From Rhodospirillaceae bacterium (lineage in GTDB: Bacteria; Pseudomonadota; Alphaproteobacteria; Rhodospirillales; Magnetospirillaceae), in assembly GCA_034926235.1 (NCBI GenBank), contig JAYFRE010000128.1, positions 7,010 through 71,009 of the forward strand: a stretch of DNA of 64,000 nt, in the 5' to 3' direction. Shown piece after piece: positions 1 through 9,159 of the stretch; the first letter of the stretch is position 1, and each line of letters starts with the position of its first letter. Made by a program: the position numbers and the translations under genes. The notes under the pieces are model-generated. The model had not been told where the DNA came from. It saw nothing but the letters and a program-made list of their open reading frames with translations, and searched no databases.

Positions 1-59
1 AGGTGGGCGATTCCGTCAGCGCCATCGTCAAGGCATCGGACGTGATCATCGGTAAATAA
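1..59 (+). CDS. 3' end of a TOBE/Mop (molybdate-binding) domain protein, truncated by the window edge
   Basis: Frame 3 reads ...VGDSVSAIVKASDVIIGK then TAA at 57-59. This ending is typical of TOBE/Mop domains (ModC/ModE/Mop C-termini). It lies directly upstream of modD. Confidence 0.4.
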   Translation, partial: VGDSVSAIVKASDVIIGK

Positions 60-137
60 TTCTTCGGATCGGGCTCCGGCGGACCATCTTTCCGCTCGAA
101 GGGGGCGGGGTTCCGCCGGGGCCTAGGATGCCCTGCC

Positions 138-974
138 ATGCTGGTTCTGCCCGATTCCCTGCTGCAATCCTTCCTGCATGAGGACGTTCCTTACGGGGAT
201 CTGACCACCGGCTTGCTGGCCATCGGCGCGGAGCCCGCGCGCATCGGTTTTGTCGCGCGCACGCCGTTGCAGCTCTGCGGGGTCGAGGAAGCGGCGCGGC
301 TGATCCAACTGGCCGGCGGCGATGCGGCGCCCCTGCGCCGCTCCGGCGAATGGTGCGAACCGGGTGTTCCGGTGCTGGAAGGGCAGGGCAGGGCCGAAAC
401 CGTGATCGCGGCCTGGAAGGTCGCCCAGACCCTGATTGAAACGGCATCGGGCATCGCCACGGCGGTGCGCCATATCCGCGATGCCGCTGAACGCGGCGGC
501 GGTGCGGCAGTCGCCTGCACGCGCAAAAGCGCTCCCGGCACGCGCGCCCTGGCCCTGAAAGCGGTCCAGGCCGGCGGCGGCATCGCCCATCGCCTGGGGC
601 TGTCCGACAGCATTCTGGTTTTCCCCGAACATTGCGCCTTTCTGGACGAAGCCCCGGCGGCGACGGTCAGGCGGCTTAAGGCGGCCTGCCCGGAACGCCG
701 GGTCGTGGTCGAGGCCGCCACGCGCGACGATGCCCTGATTTGGGCCGAAGCCGGGGCCGATGTCCTGCAACTGGAAAAATTCCCGCCCGAAGCGGTGGCG
801 GAAATCGCGCATTTCCTGGCGGGAATGGCATCGCCGCCCTTGCTTGCCGCCGCCGGCGGGGTCAATGAAGGCAATGCCTGTGCTTATGCGCAAGCCGGGG
901 CGCAGCTGCTGGTGACCAGCGCGCCCTATTGGGCCAAACCGGCGGAAATTCAGGTGCGGATCGGGCGGGCCTGA
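138..974 (+). CDS. modD: ModD protein (nicotinate-nucleotide/quinolinate phosphoribosyltransferase-like, molybdenum-transport associated)
   Basis: 278-aa ORF. The N-terminus FLHEDVPYGDLTT and the later TRKSAPGTRALALKAVQAGGGIAHRLGLSD are QPRTase-fold/ModD signatures. It follows a TOBE-domain gene. Confidence 0.7.
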   Translation: MLVLPDSLLQSFLHEDVPYGDLTTGLLAIGAEPARIGFVARTPLQLCGVEEAARLIQLAGGDAAPLRRSGEWCEPGVPVLEGQGRAETVIAAWKVAQTLIETASGIATAVRHIRDAAERGGGAAVACTRKSAPGTRALALKAVQAGGGIAHRLGLSDSILVFPEHCAFLDEAPAATVRRLKAACPERRVVVEAATRDDALIWAEAGADVLQLEKFPPEAVAEIAHFLAGMASPPLLAAAGGVNEGNACAYAQAGAQLLVTSAPYWAKPAEIQVRIGRA

Positions 975-1015
975 AACAGCCGGCCCTCACATTCAGGGCC
1001 GGGACGACCGCGCGC

Positions 1016-1447
1016 TCAAACTTTTTCGACCTCCAGCACCATCGAATCCGTGATGCCGGTGACGCGAATGGCGGTGCCGGCAGGCAGATCAGGCCCGGTG
1101 ACGGACCACAGCGTGCCGCCGATCCGGGCCCGGCCGACGCCGGCTGCGATGGGTGTTTCCAGGACGGTTTCTTTGCCGATCAAACGCCGGTCCCGCCGAT
1201 TAAGGTTCGGGTCGTCGCCGGGCTGGCGGCGGGGGTCGTAGAATTTGCGTCCGGCCACAGCGCTGACAGCGGCGGCGGCCACCATGATCATGCCGCAGAT
1301 TTCCCAGCCGAGCGCGGGAAAGGCCAGGGCCGCCAATCCGGCGGCGGCAGCGCCCAGCGACAGCCATAGAAAGACCACGCCGGGCACCAGCAACTCAGCC
1401 AGCAGCAGCAGGGCCGACAAGACCCACCAATGCCAGAAGGAAATCAT
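1016..1447 (-). CDS. NfeD family membrane protein (partner of the SPFH protein)
   Basis: Hydrophobic N-terminal half and a C-terminal beta-barrel-like G.V..V.G..W motif (RIGGTLWSVTG). I chose the ATG at 1447, which forms an ATGA overlap with the stop of the upstream SPFH gene. The track ORF extends to 1459. Confidence 0.8.
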   Translation of the reverse strand: MISFWHWWVLSALLLLAELLVPGVVFLWLSLGAAAAGLAALAFPALGWEICGMIMVAAAAVSAVAGRKFYDPRRQPGDDPNLNRRDRRLIGKETVLETPIAAGVGRARIGGTLWSVTGPDLPAGTAIRVTGITDSMVLEVEKV

Positions 1448-2433
1448 TTCCGCTCCCATGGGCCCTTGGCCTTGAGATCGGGGAACGCCTTGCCGGTCAA
1501 TTCGGCGATACCGCCAATGGCTCCGATGATCCCGGACGCTTCAAGCGGCATCAGCACCAGTTTCTGGTTGGGCGCGGATGCGACATCGCGCAGGGCTTCG
1601 ACATATTTTTGCGCCACGAAATAGTTCACGGCCTGGATGCTGCCTTTGTCGATGGCTTCGGATAAGGCGGTGGTGGCCGCAGCCTCGGCCTGGGCCTGGC
1701 GTTCGCGCGCTTCGGCGTCGCGGAAAGCGGCTTCGCGCCGGCCTTCGGCGGCCAGGATGATCGCCTGTTTTTCGCCCTCGGCCCTCAGCACCGCGGCCTG
1801 GCGCTGGCCCTCGGCCTCCAGCACGGCGGCGCGCTTGTCGCGTTCGGCCTTCATCTGCCGGGCCATGGAATCGATCAGATCCTTGGGCGGGGCGATGTCC
1901 TTGATTTCGACGCGGGTTACTTTCACGCCCCAGGCCTCGGTCGCTTCGTCGCAGGCGATGAGGAGACGGGCATTGATCTTGTCGCGCTGGGACAGCAATT
2001 CGTCCAGATCCATGCTGCCCATCACGGTGCGGATATTGGTCATGACCAGGTTGAGGATGGCCACCTGCATGCGGCTGATCTCGTAGGCGGCCTTGGCGGC
2101 GTCGAGGACCTGGTAGAACACCACGCCGTCAACCTGGATCATGGCGTTGTCGCGGGTGATTACCTCTTGCGAGGGGACGTCCAGCACTTCTTCCATCATG
2201 TTGAGGCGCGCGCCGATACGGTCCATCACCGGCATGATGATATGCAGCCCGGGTCCCAATGTGCGGATATAGCGGCCAAAGCGTTCGACGGTGACTTCCG
2301 TGCCTTGGGGGACGACTTTGGCGGCCAGGGCGACAATCGCCACGCCAAGGACGATGAGCGCGATCGCGAAAATGGCGAAGTTGGACAACACATTCTCCTC
2401 CACGGCGAGATTCGACGGGGTGAAAGATACCAT
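1444..2433 (-). CDS. SPFH/band-7 (stomatin-like, QmcA/YbbK type) protein
   Basis: One N-terminal TM helix (FAIFAIALIVLGVAIVALAA) followed by an SPFH core (VPQGTEVTVERFGRY...ITRDNAMIQVDGVVFYQV) and an Ala/Glu/Arg coiled-coil tail. Start trimmed to the ATG at 2433 (MVSFTPSN); the track ORF to 2595 has a non-protein-like Arg/Pro leader. Confidence 0.85.
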   Translation of the reverse strand: MVSFTPSNLAVEENVLSNFAIFAIALIVLGVAIVALAAKVVPQGTEVTVERFGRYIRTLGPGLHIIMPVMDRIGARLNMMEEVLDVPSQEVITRDNAMIQVDGVVFYQVLDAAKAAYEISRMQVAILNLVMTNIRTVMGSMDLDELLSQRDKINARLLIACDEATEAWGVKVTRVEIKDIAPPKDLIDSMARQMKAERDKRAAVLEAEGQRQAAVLRAEGEKQAIILAAEGRREAAFRDAEARERQAQAEAAATTALSEAIDKGSIQAVNYFVAQKYVEALRDVASAPNQKLVLMPLEASGIIGAIGGIAELTGKAFPDLKAKGPWERK

Positions 2434-2546
2434 ATGAGAATGAACGGCGATATGCGGCGTGGCCGGAGGGGCCGGGGGCGTCTTTCCGGAGCCCCCCAGG
2501 CGCGGGGAACGCAAGGTAAGGCCGGAGAACCGCCGGCAGACGGCGG

Positions 2547-3206
2547 TCAGGCCAGATAATCGTCCAGTACGATCAGCACCGCCAGATAATGGCAAAGGGC
2601 GGCGGCGACGACGCAGCCATGCCAGGCGGCGCTATGGTAGCGCAGCCGGGTCAGGCGGTAGAGCGGCGCGGCGGCGCTGTAGATGACGCCGCCGGCGACG
2701 ATCAGGCCCGAGCCCAGGACGGACATCCGGCCCAGAAGCGACGGCGCGGCGGCGATGCCCGCCCATCCCATCAGAACATAAAGGGTGATGCTGGCCTGGG
2801 TCAGCCAGCGGCGCAGCAGGAAACGCGCCATGATGCCCAAGATCGCCGCGCTCCACAGCACGATCAGAAGGATCATGCCCAAAGAGCCGCCTGCCGCCAG
2901 CAGGCAGAAAGGCGTATAGGTGCCGGCGATCAGCGCGAAGATGGCGGCGTGGTCAAGGGCGTTGAAGATGTTTTTCCGTTTCGGCGTGCGCGCGGCGGCG
3001 TTCAGGATAGAAAAGCTGAACATGGCCAGCAGCGCCGCGCCATAGGCCGCGACCGCGGCGAGCGCCACGCCGTCGGCGGCCATGCCGGCACGGACCAGCA
3101 GCAGGATCGATCCGATCAGGGAAAGGACCAGCCCGGCCCCCTGAATGGCCAAATCCGTCCGTCCTTCCCGGCGCGTCGGCGCACGCGCCGCCGAGGTCTC
3201 GTTCAT
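2547..3206 (-). CDS. Hemolysin III / PAQR family membrane protein
   Basis: Seven hydrophobic segments, the family motif LDHAAIFALIAGTYTPF and a C-terminal HG....A..CHY histidine cluster. Start set at MNETS (3206). Confidence 0.8.
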   Translation of the reverse strand: MNETSAARAPTRREGRTDLAIQGAGLVLSLIGSILLLVRAGMAADGVALAAVAAYGAALLAMFSFSILNAAARTPKRKNIFNALDHAAIFALIAGTYTPFCLLAAGGSLGMILLIVLWSAAILGIMARFLLRRWLTQASITLYVLMGWAGIAAAPSLLGRMSVLGSGLIVAGGVIYSAAAPLYRLTRLRYHSAAWHGCVVAAALCHYLAVLIVLDDYLA

Positions 3207-3280
3207 GACCCGAATGCTCCCGTGATGAAAACGGCTCGGTGCGGTGGATCGGGTCAGTGTCCGCTTTGGGCGGCGGGAAT

Positions 3281-4273
3281 TCAACCCTTCGCTGCCTGCC
3301 CGGTCAGGATGGCGCGGCGTTCATCATCGCCGATGGCGGCGGCGGTCACGGCGGCGATGGCCGGGGCCAGGGGCAGGGCCGGGGAATCGCTGCCCAGCAG
3401 CAGCCGGTTCGGGCCCAGATTGGCGACGGCCAGCGCCAGCCCGCCCGGCCCGAACGACGCGCTGTCGATCAGGATGCGCCGCAGCCGGCCATCGCCGTGT
3501 TCGGGCGTCAACCCCATCCGGTCGGCGGTCAGGGCGATGCGTTCGGCCAGCAGCGCCAGGGTTCCGCCCAGATTAGCCAGATGGACGGTTGCTCCCGGAT
3601 AGGGATCGAGGAACGCGGTGTGCTCGAAGGTCAAGGCGGCGGCGGTCAGGTCGTTCTGGAAGCGCACGGCGCGGCGGCGGATGATCGCGGCTTCGTCGCC
3701 GGCGGCGGGATCGTAAGGGCTTTGCCACGCGCCGGGATGTATGAAAAGATGCGCGCCCAGCCGCGAGGCGGCAGCGAACAGCGGCGCGTAGCGTTCGGCC
3801 ATCGGGCGGTCGGCAAAGGCTTCGGCGGGCAGCACCGCGCCCAAAAGCCCCTGTTCGGTCATGGCATGTTCTAAGATTGCCGGAGCCTGGGTCAGATCAT
3901 GGACCGGCAGCGCCGCCAGCCCTGAAAAACGGTGCCCGTTGTGTCGGATCATCCGCGCCAGCCCGTTATTATAGGCGGCGATAATGGCGTCTTCCAGGGC
4001 GGCGGGCAGCCGGTCCAGCCCTATTCCGTACAGCACTGCCAGCGACAAGACCTGCCGGTCGATCCCGGCGGCATCCATTTCCGTCTGCCTGAGATCGAGA
4101 TCGAGTTGATGTTCCTTGAGCGGCAGGATCGTCGCGGCATCGGCATGAAAAACGCGCGCGCCTGCCGCGTTCCGCCGGATGCAGGGCGGGCTTGTCCGCG
4201 CCTCGAACAGTGCCGTGACCTCGGGTGGAATCCAATGGGCGTGCCAGTCGGTGACGATCATGGTTCCCATCAT
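3281..4273 (-). CDS. Amidohydrolase-2 family metal-dependent hydrolase/decarboxylase (ACMSD-like)
   Basis: The N-terminal IVTDWHAHWIPPE (HxH metal motif), an internal FIHPG and a terminal LLLGSDSP are amidohydrolase_2 hallmarks. The ATG at 4273 overlaps the amidase stop (ATGA). Confidence 0.7.
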   Translation of the reverse strand: MMGTMIVTDWHAHWIPPEVTALFEARTSPPCIRRNAAGARVFHADAATILPLKEHQLDLDLRQTEMDAAGIDRQVLSLAVLYGIGLDRLPAALEDAIIAAYNNGLARMIRHNGHRFSGLAALPVHDLTQAPAILEHAMTEQGLLGAVLPAEAFADRPMAERYAPLFAAASRLGAHLFIHPGAWQSPYDPAAGDEAAIIRRRAVRFQNDLTAAALTFEHTAFLDPYPGATVHLANLGGTLALLAERIALTADRMGLTPEHGDGRLRRILIDSASFGPGGLALAVANLGPNRLLLGSDSPALPLAPAIAAVTAAAIGDDERRAILTGQAAKG

Positions 4274-5682
4274 TGCCGCCTTGCTTGATCTTCCAGCTTT
4301 TGTCCGGGGCCGTTGCGGATGGGGCCATGCACCGCTTCGAACGACCTGGCCAATTGCAGCAACTGCTGGTCGGCGAAGCGCCGGGTCACGATCTGCATCC
4401 CGATCGGTATGCCGCCGGAGGAAAAGCCGCAATGGATCGACAAGGCCGGCTGTTCGGACATGTTCCAAGGCAGGGTGAAGGCGATATGCTCGAAAGGACG
4501 GGCCGGATCGTTGGTGGGTGAGGCCCATTCGGCGGGATAGGATGTCAACGGATTGACCGGCGATATCACGACATCGACCCGTTGGAACAGAGCCGCGCAG
4601 GCGGCGCGGATGGCGATGGTCTGATCGAATCCGGCGATGGCGCTGACGCCGTCGATTGTTTCGGCGGCCTGCGCCCAGTCCCGGATATAGGGCAGGATCA
4701 AGGCGCGCTTATCCTCGTCCATCGCCCTGATCATCCCCCAAAAGCGCGCGCGCCAATAGACATCCAACCCGTCCAGCATCGCCCGGGTCAGCACCGGCGG
4801 CACGTCGACCAGCACCGCGCCCGCCTGTGCAAAGAAACGGGCGGCATTTTGGACGGCGGCCTTGACCTCGTTTTCGGCGTCAATCCCGCAGCCCGCATCC
4901 ATCATCAGCCCGATCTTCAGTCCGGAGATATCGGTTTTGAGATCGGCCCAGTCGATGTCCTGGGGCGGCAGGGACATGGCGTCGCGCGGATCGGGGCGCG
5001 CGATCGCGATCATCAGCAGGGCCGCGTCCCGGACCGTGCGGGTCATCGGGCCGGCGCAGCGACCGACATAATAGGGATCGATGGGGATGCGCCCCAGGCT
5101 TGGCTTGACGCCGACCAGGCCGTTCCAGCCGGCGGGCAGGCGCACCGATCCGCCGATATCGGTACCGACATGAAGCGGACCATAGCCGGCTGCTGCTGCT
5201 GCTGCTGCGCCCGCGCTGGACCCGCCCGGATTGCAGGCCGGATTCCAGGGATTGCGGGTCAAAGGGTGAAAGCTCGACAGGCCCGAACTCAGCATGCCGT
5301 AATCGGGACAGGTGGTCTTGGCGAAGATAATGGCCCCGGCCTCGCGCAGCCGGGCGGCGACGGGTGAATCGCATGGGGCCGGCGTAAGCTCGGTGGCCCG
5401 GCTGCCCATCGGCACCGCCACGTCCTTGGTGGCGATCAGTTCCTTCAGCGTCACGGGCACCCCATCCAGCGGCCCGCGCGGGCGGCTCCGGGCCCAGCGT
5501 TCCGTCGATGCCCGTGCTTCCGCCCGCGCGCCGTCCGGATCAAAGGCGTAGAGCGCGCCGATCATGGGTTCGACCGCCTCGACGCGCTGGATGAGACGAT
5601 CCATCATTTCCCTGGGCGAGGCTTTCCGTCTGGCATAAGCGTCCAGCAACTGGCTTGCGGACAGGTCGAGAAGGTCGGTCAT
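4270..5682 (-). CDS. Amidase (amidase-signature family, GatA-like)
   Basis: AS-family motifs are present: KELIATKD (catalytic Lys region) and the Gly/Ser-rich signature NPGGSSAGAAAAAAAGYGPLHVGTDIGGSVRLPA. Start at MTDLLDLSA (5682) is preceded by GGAG. Confidence 0.85.
   Translation of the reverse strand: MTDLLDLSASQLLDAYARRKASPREMMDRLIQRVEAVEPMIGALYAFDPDGARAEARASTERWARSRPRGPLDGVPVTLKELIATKDVAVPMGSRATELTPAPCDSPVAARLREAGAIIFAKTTCPDYGMLSSGLSSFHPLTRNPWNPACNPGGSSAGAAAAAAAGYGPLHVGTDIGGSVRLPAGWNGLVGVKPSLGRIPIDPYYVGRCAGPMTRTVRDAALLMIAIARPDPRDAMSLPPQDIDWADLKTDISGLKIGLMMDAGCGIDAENEVKAAVQNAARFFAQAGAVLVDVPPVLTRAMLDGLDVYWRARFWGMIRAMDEDKRALILPYIRDWAQAAETIDGVSAIAGFDQTIAIRAACAALFQRVDVVISPVNPLTSYPAEWASPTNDPARPFEHIAFTLPWNMSEQPALSIHCGFSSGGIPIGMQIVTRRFADQQLLQLARSFEAVHGPIRNGPGQKLEDQARRQ
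5189..5206. repeat. (GCT)6 trinucleotide repeat inside the amidase signature motif
   Basis: gctgctgctgctgctgct is read directly at 5189-5206. On the minus strand it encodes the poly-Ala run in GGSSAGAAAAAAAG. Confidence 0.9.
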
Positions 5683-5684
5683 GA

Positions 5685-6527
5685 TTATTCTCCGCCGGGC
5701 GTTTCTCCTTTGCCGCGCCAACGCCGTCCGATCCGCGTCAATGTGGGCTCGGCAGCAAGCAAGCGGCGCGTATAAGGGTCGGACGGCGCGTCCAGGACCC
5801 GCCGGGCGGGGCCTTCTTCGACGATTCGCCCCTCATGCAGCACGCAGACATGATCGCAGATTTCATCGACGACACCGATATTGTGCGTGATGAACATCAC
5901 CGCGATGGCGTGACGGTCGCGCAGATCCAGGATCAGCCGCAGGATTTGCGCCTGGATGGTGGGGTCCAGCGCACTGGTGGCCTCGTCGGCGACCAGCAGC
6001 CGGGGCCGGGTGATCAGGGCGCGGGCCAGGGCGATGCGCTGGCGCTGTCCGCCCGAAAATTCATGCGGGTAGCGTTCGGCGTCCGCGCCGTTCAGCCCGA
6101 CTTGTTCGAGCGCATCGCCGACCAGGCGCGCACGGGCTTCTCCATGCGGGGCGTCGGGCAGCAGATAAAGCGGTTCGGCGACGATGCGGGCGACCTTCTG
6201 GCGTGGATCGAGCGAGCCATAGGGGTCCTGGAACACCATCTGGAAATCGCGCCGGCGCTGCCGCAATTTCTCGGGCGGCAGGGCGAACAGATCTTGCCCG
6301 TCCAGCCGCACCTCGCCGGAATCGGGCCGGTCGAGCGCCATGACGATCCGCGCCAGGGTCGATTTGCCCGATCCCGATTCGCCGACCACGCCCAGGATCG
6401 CGCCCGCTTCCAGCGTCAGGGACACATGATCCAGGGCATGGATGCGGATGTCGCCTTCCCGCCGCCGCAGGGTGAAGCTGCGGTCCAGGTCGCGGATTTC
6501 CAGCAAAGGCGGGTGGGCGGGCGTCAT
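5685..6527 (-). CDS. ABC transporter ATP-binding protein, oligopeptide/dipeptide family (DppF/OppF-like)
   Basis: Walker A GESGSGKST, signature FSGGQRQR, Walker B LLVADEATSALD and the family-typical FQDPYGSLDPR. Confidence 0.85.
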   Translation of the reverse strand: MTPAHPPLLEIRDLDRSFTLRRREGDIRIHALDHVSLTLEAGAILGVVGESGSGKSTLARIVMALDRPDSGEVRLDGQDLFALPPEKLRQRRRDFQMVFQDPYGSLDPRQKVARIVAEPLYLLPDAPHGEARARLVGDALEQVGLNGADAERYPHEFSGGQRQRIALARALITRPRLLVADEATSALDPTIQAQILRLILDLRDRHAIAVMFITHNIGVVDEICDHVCVLHEGRIVEEGPARRVLDAPSDPYTRRLLAAEPTLTRIGRRWRGKGETPGGE

Positions 6528-7336
6528 GATCCCTCCGCCGCGGTGATGCCGGCGCGCACGCGCCGGGGCAGGGCGGCCAGAAGCTTCCGGGTATAGTCGT
6601 TTTCCGGGCGGCGCAGCACCTGTTCGGTCGGCCCCTGTTCCACGGCATGGCCGCGATACATGACCAGGGTGCGGTCGGCGATCCGTCCGATCACGCCCAG
6701 ATCGTGGCTGATGAGGATCAGGGCCAGATCCAATTCGCCGACCAGCTCGTCCAATATGTCCAGGATGTCGGCTTGGACGGTGACGTCCAGCGCCGAGGTC
6801 GGCTCGTCGGCGATCAAAAGATCGGGCCGGCAGGCCAGGGCGATGGCGATGCCGACGCGTTGGCGCTGGCCACCCGACATCTCGTGGGGGAAACCATCGA
6901 CGCGCCGCGCCGCGTCGGGGATGCGGACCCGGTCGAGCAGCCGCAGCGCCTCGGCCTTGGCCGCCTTGCGGTCAAGGCCGCGATGCAGGACCAGCCCTTC
7001 GGCGATCTGTGCGCCGATGCGCATCGCCGGATTGAGCGCGGTCATCGGTTCCTGGAAAATCATGCCGATATGCCGGCCGCGCAAGGCGCACCAATCGGGT
7101 TCGGACAGGGCCAGAAGATCGCGTCCCTCGAACAGGATGCGTCCTTCGATCCGGGCGCTGGGCGGCAAAAGGCCGATCAGGGCCAAGGCGGTCGCCGACT
7201 TTCCCGATCCCGATTCGCCGACGATGCCCAGGGTCTGTCCCGCCGCCAATGTCAGATCCAGGCCATGCACGGCCTGACGCAGACTGCCGTCCTGCCGCTC
7301 GAACGCGATTGCGAGCCCCTGGACGTCAAGGATCAT
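6524..7336 (-). CDS. ABC transporter ATP-binding protein, oligopeptide/dipeptide family (DppD/OppD-like)
   Basis: Walker A GESGSGKSA, IFQEPMTALNP, MSGGQRQR and [12 protein letters not shown]. It has 4-nt overlaps with both neighbouring genes. Confidence 0.85.
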   Translation of the reverse strand: MILDVQGLAIAFERQDGSLRQAVHGLDLTLAAGQTLGIVGESGSGKSATALALIGLLPPSARIEGRILFEGRDLLALSEPDWCALRGRHIGMIFQEPMTALNPAMRIGAQIAEGLVLHRGLDRKAAKAEALRLLDRVRIPDAARRVDGFPHEMSGGQRQRVGIAIALACRPDLLIADEPTSALDVTVQADILDILDELVGELDLALILISHDLGVIGRIADRTLVMYRGHAVEQGPTEQVLRRPENDYTRKLLAALPRRVRAGITAAEGS

Positions 7337-8184
7337 GCGCCTTGCCTCCGGCGCGGATCGGCCAGATCGCGCAGCCCGTCACCCAGAAGATTGAGGCCGA
7401 GGACGGCGCAAACGATGGCCAGGCCGGGTGCCAGGACCAGATGCGGGGCGATGATGATGTAGGTCTGCGCATCGGCCAGCATGCGCCCCCAGCTTGGATC
7501 GGGCGGCGCGACGCCCAGGCCCAAGAAGCTCAATCCTGCCTCGGTCAGGATGGCGAGCCCGGTTTGGATCGCGCCCTGGACGATGATCTGGGCCGAGATG
7601 TTGGGCAGCACATGCTCCAGGCTGATGCGCAGTGTGCCCTTGCCGGCCATGCGGCTGGCATGGACGAAATCGCGCGCCCAGATCTGCAATGCCGCTCCGC
7701 GGGCGATGCGGGCGAAAACCGGGATCATGAACACGCCGATGGCGATCACCGAGGTCAACGCTCCCGGTCCCAGCAGCGCACCCAGCAGAATCGCCGACAA
7801 GACCGGCGGAAAGGCGAAAATGACGTCATTGCCGCGCATCAGGATGCGGCCGATGATTTCCGGGCGGGCGGCGGCGGCCATGCCGGCCAGGGTGCCGATC
7901 ATGCCCCCGAACAGGACGGCCGAGCCCGCCAGCCCAAGCGAGTTGGCAGCCCCCTTCATCAGCATCGACAGAACGTCGCGGCCCATGGGATCGGTTCCGA
8001 GCAGACCGGCCTGCAACGGTCCGCGCAGACGGGCAATGATGTTCATATGCACCGGATCGGCGGGGGTCCAGAACAAGCTGAGAATGGCCGTGCCGACGAA
8101 GAACAGCGTAAGCGCGCCGCCCGCGATCAAAGGCGGGCTGAATCGACGCCGGCGTTTCCGGCGGCTTGACGCGGCGGCGGTCAT
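7333..8184 (-). CDS. ABC transporter permease (DppC/OppC-like)
   Basis: Six-TM BPD-type permease with the EAA-like loop (ASRMAGKGTLRISLEHVLPN) and the N-terminal DPVHMN...GTDPMGRDV motif typical of DppC. Confidence 0.85.
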   Translation of the reverse strand: MTAAASSRRKRRRRFSPPLIAGGALTLFFVGTAILSLFWTPADPVHMNIIARLRGPLQAGLLGTDPMGRDVLSMLMKGAANSLGLAGSAVLFGGMIGTLAGMAAAARPEIIGRILMRGNDVIFAFPPVLSAILLGALLGPGALTSVIAIGVFMIPVFARIARGAALQIWARDFVHASRMAGKGTLRISLEHVLPNISAQIIVQGAIQTGLAILTEAGLSFLGLGVAPPDPSWGRMLADAQTYIIIAPHLVLAPGLAIVCAVLGLNLLGDGLRDLADPRRRQGA

Positions 8185-9125
8185 CGGCGTCCCCTAAGGC
8201 GCGGGTCGAGCAGCAGGTAAAGCGCATCGACGACGAAATTGATCGCGATGATGATGGTGGCGAACAGCATCACCACATTCTGGATCACGACCAGATCGCG
8301 CTGGGCCAAAGCCTGAAAGGCGAGGCTGCCCAGGCCGGGCAGGGTGAAGACGTTTTCGACCAGGACCGCGCCTGCGATCAGCACCGAGATCTGCATGCCC
8401 AGCATGGTGACCACCGGGATCAGCGCGTTGGGCACGACATGACGCCACAAAGCCCGGCTCGGACTGTTGCCCTTGGCCCGGGCGGTGCGTACGAATTCCT
8501 CGCGCGTGATTTCGATCGCGGCGGCGCGCATGACCCGGGTCAGCACCGCCGATTGCGGCAGGGCCAAAGCGATGGTGGGCAGGATCAGCGCCTGCAAGGC
8601 AGCACCAGCGCCGTTTTCCCAGCCCGGAAACCCGCCCGAAGGGAACCAGCCCAGCGTCAGGGAGAAGACCATCACCAGCAGCAGCCCGACCCAGAAATTC
8701 GGCACGGCGAGACCGGTCTGGGCATAGCCCAGGGCGATGAGATCGGCGGCCCCGCCGGGCCGGCGCGCGGCCAGGGCGCCGAGCGGAATGGCGATGCCGG
8801 CTGACAGCAGAACGGCCATGAGCGCCAGGGGCAGGGTGACGGCGAGCCGTTCGACGATCATGCCGCCGACCGGGACGCCATAGGTGTAGGAAACGCCGAA
8901 ATCGCCCCGGAGCAAGCCGCCGATCCAGGCGGCGTAGCGGATGGGGGCGGGGCGGTCCAGCCCGAGCTCGACGCGCAAGGCGGCCAGCGTGTCGGGCTGG
9001 GCCGATGTGCCCAGCATGATCGCGGCCGCATCGCCCGGAACAGCATCGATCAGTAGGAAGACGATGAGCGACACCAGGAACAAGGTGCCCAGGAATCGAA
9101 GCGCGGATCGGGTCAGGTGGCGCAT
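8181..9125 (-). CDS. ABC transporter permease (DppB/OppB-like)
   Basis: N-terminus MRHLTRSALRFLGTLFLVSLIVFLL...PGD and the loop EFVRTARAKGNSPSRALWRHVVPNAL are typical of DppB-type permeases. Confidence 0.85.
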   Translation of the reverse strand: MRHLTRSALRFLGTLFLVSLIVFLLIDAVPGDAAAIMLGTSAQPDTLAALRVELGLDRPAPIRYAAWIGGLLRGDFGVSYTYGVPVGGMIVERLAVTLPLALMAVLLSAGIAIPLGALAARRPGGAADLIALGYAQTGLAVPNFWVGLLLVMVFSLTLGWFPSGGFPGWENGAGAALQALILPTIALALPQSAVLTRVMRAAAIEITREEFVRTARAKGNSPSRALWRHVVPNALIPVVTMLGMQISVLIAGAVLVENVFTLPGLGSLAFQALAQRDLVVIQNVVMLFATIIIAINFVVDALYLLLDPRLRGRR

Positions 9126-9159
9126 GGCGGCAGGGCTCGCTTGCGGGCGACGCGGATTT

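Noticed and set aside
1016-3206. NfeD, SPFH and hemolysin-III cluster as a novel membrane system
   Set aside because: The NfeD-SPFH pairing with translational coupling is a well-known conserved operon. The hemolysin-III gene is separated by 113 nt, and nothing else points to a functional link.
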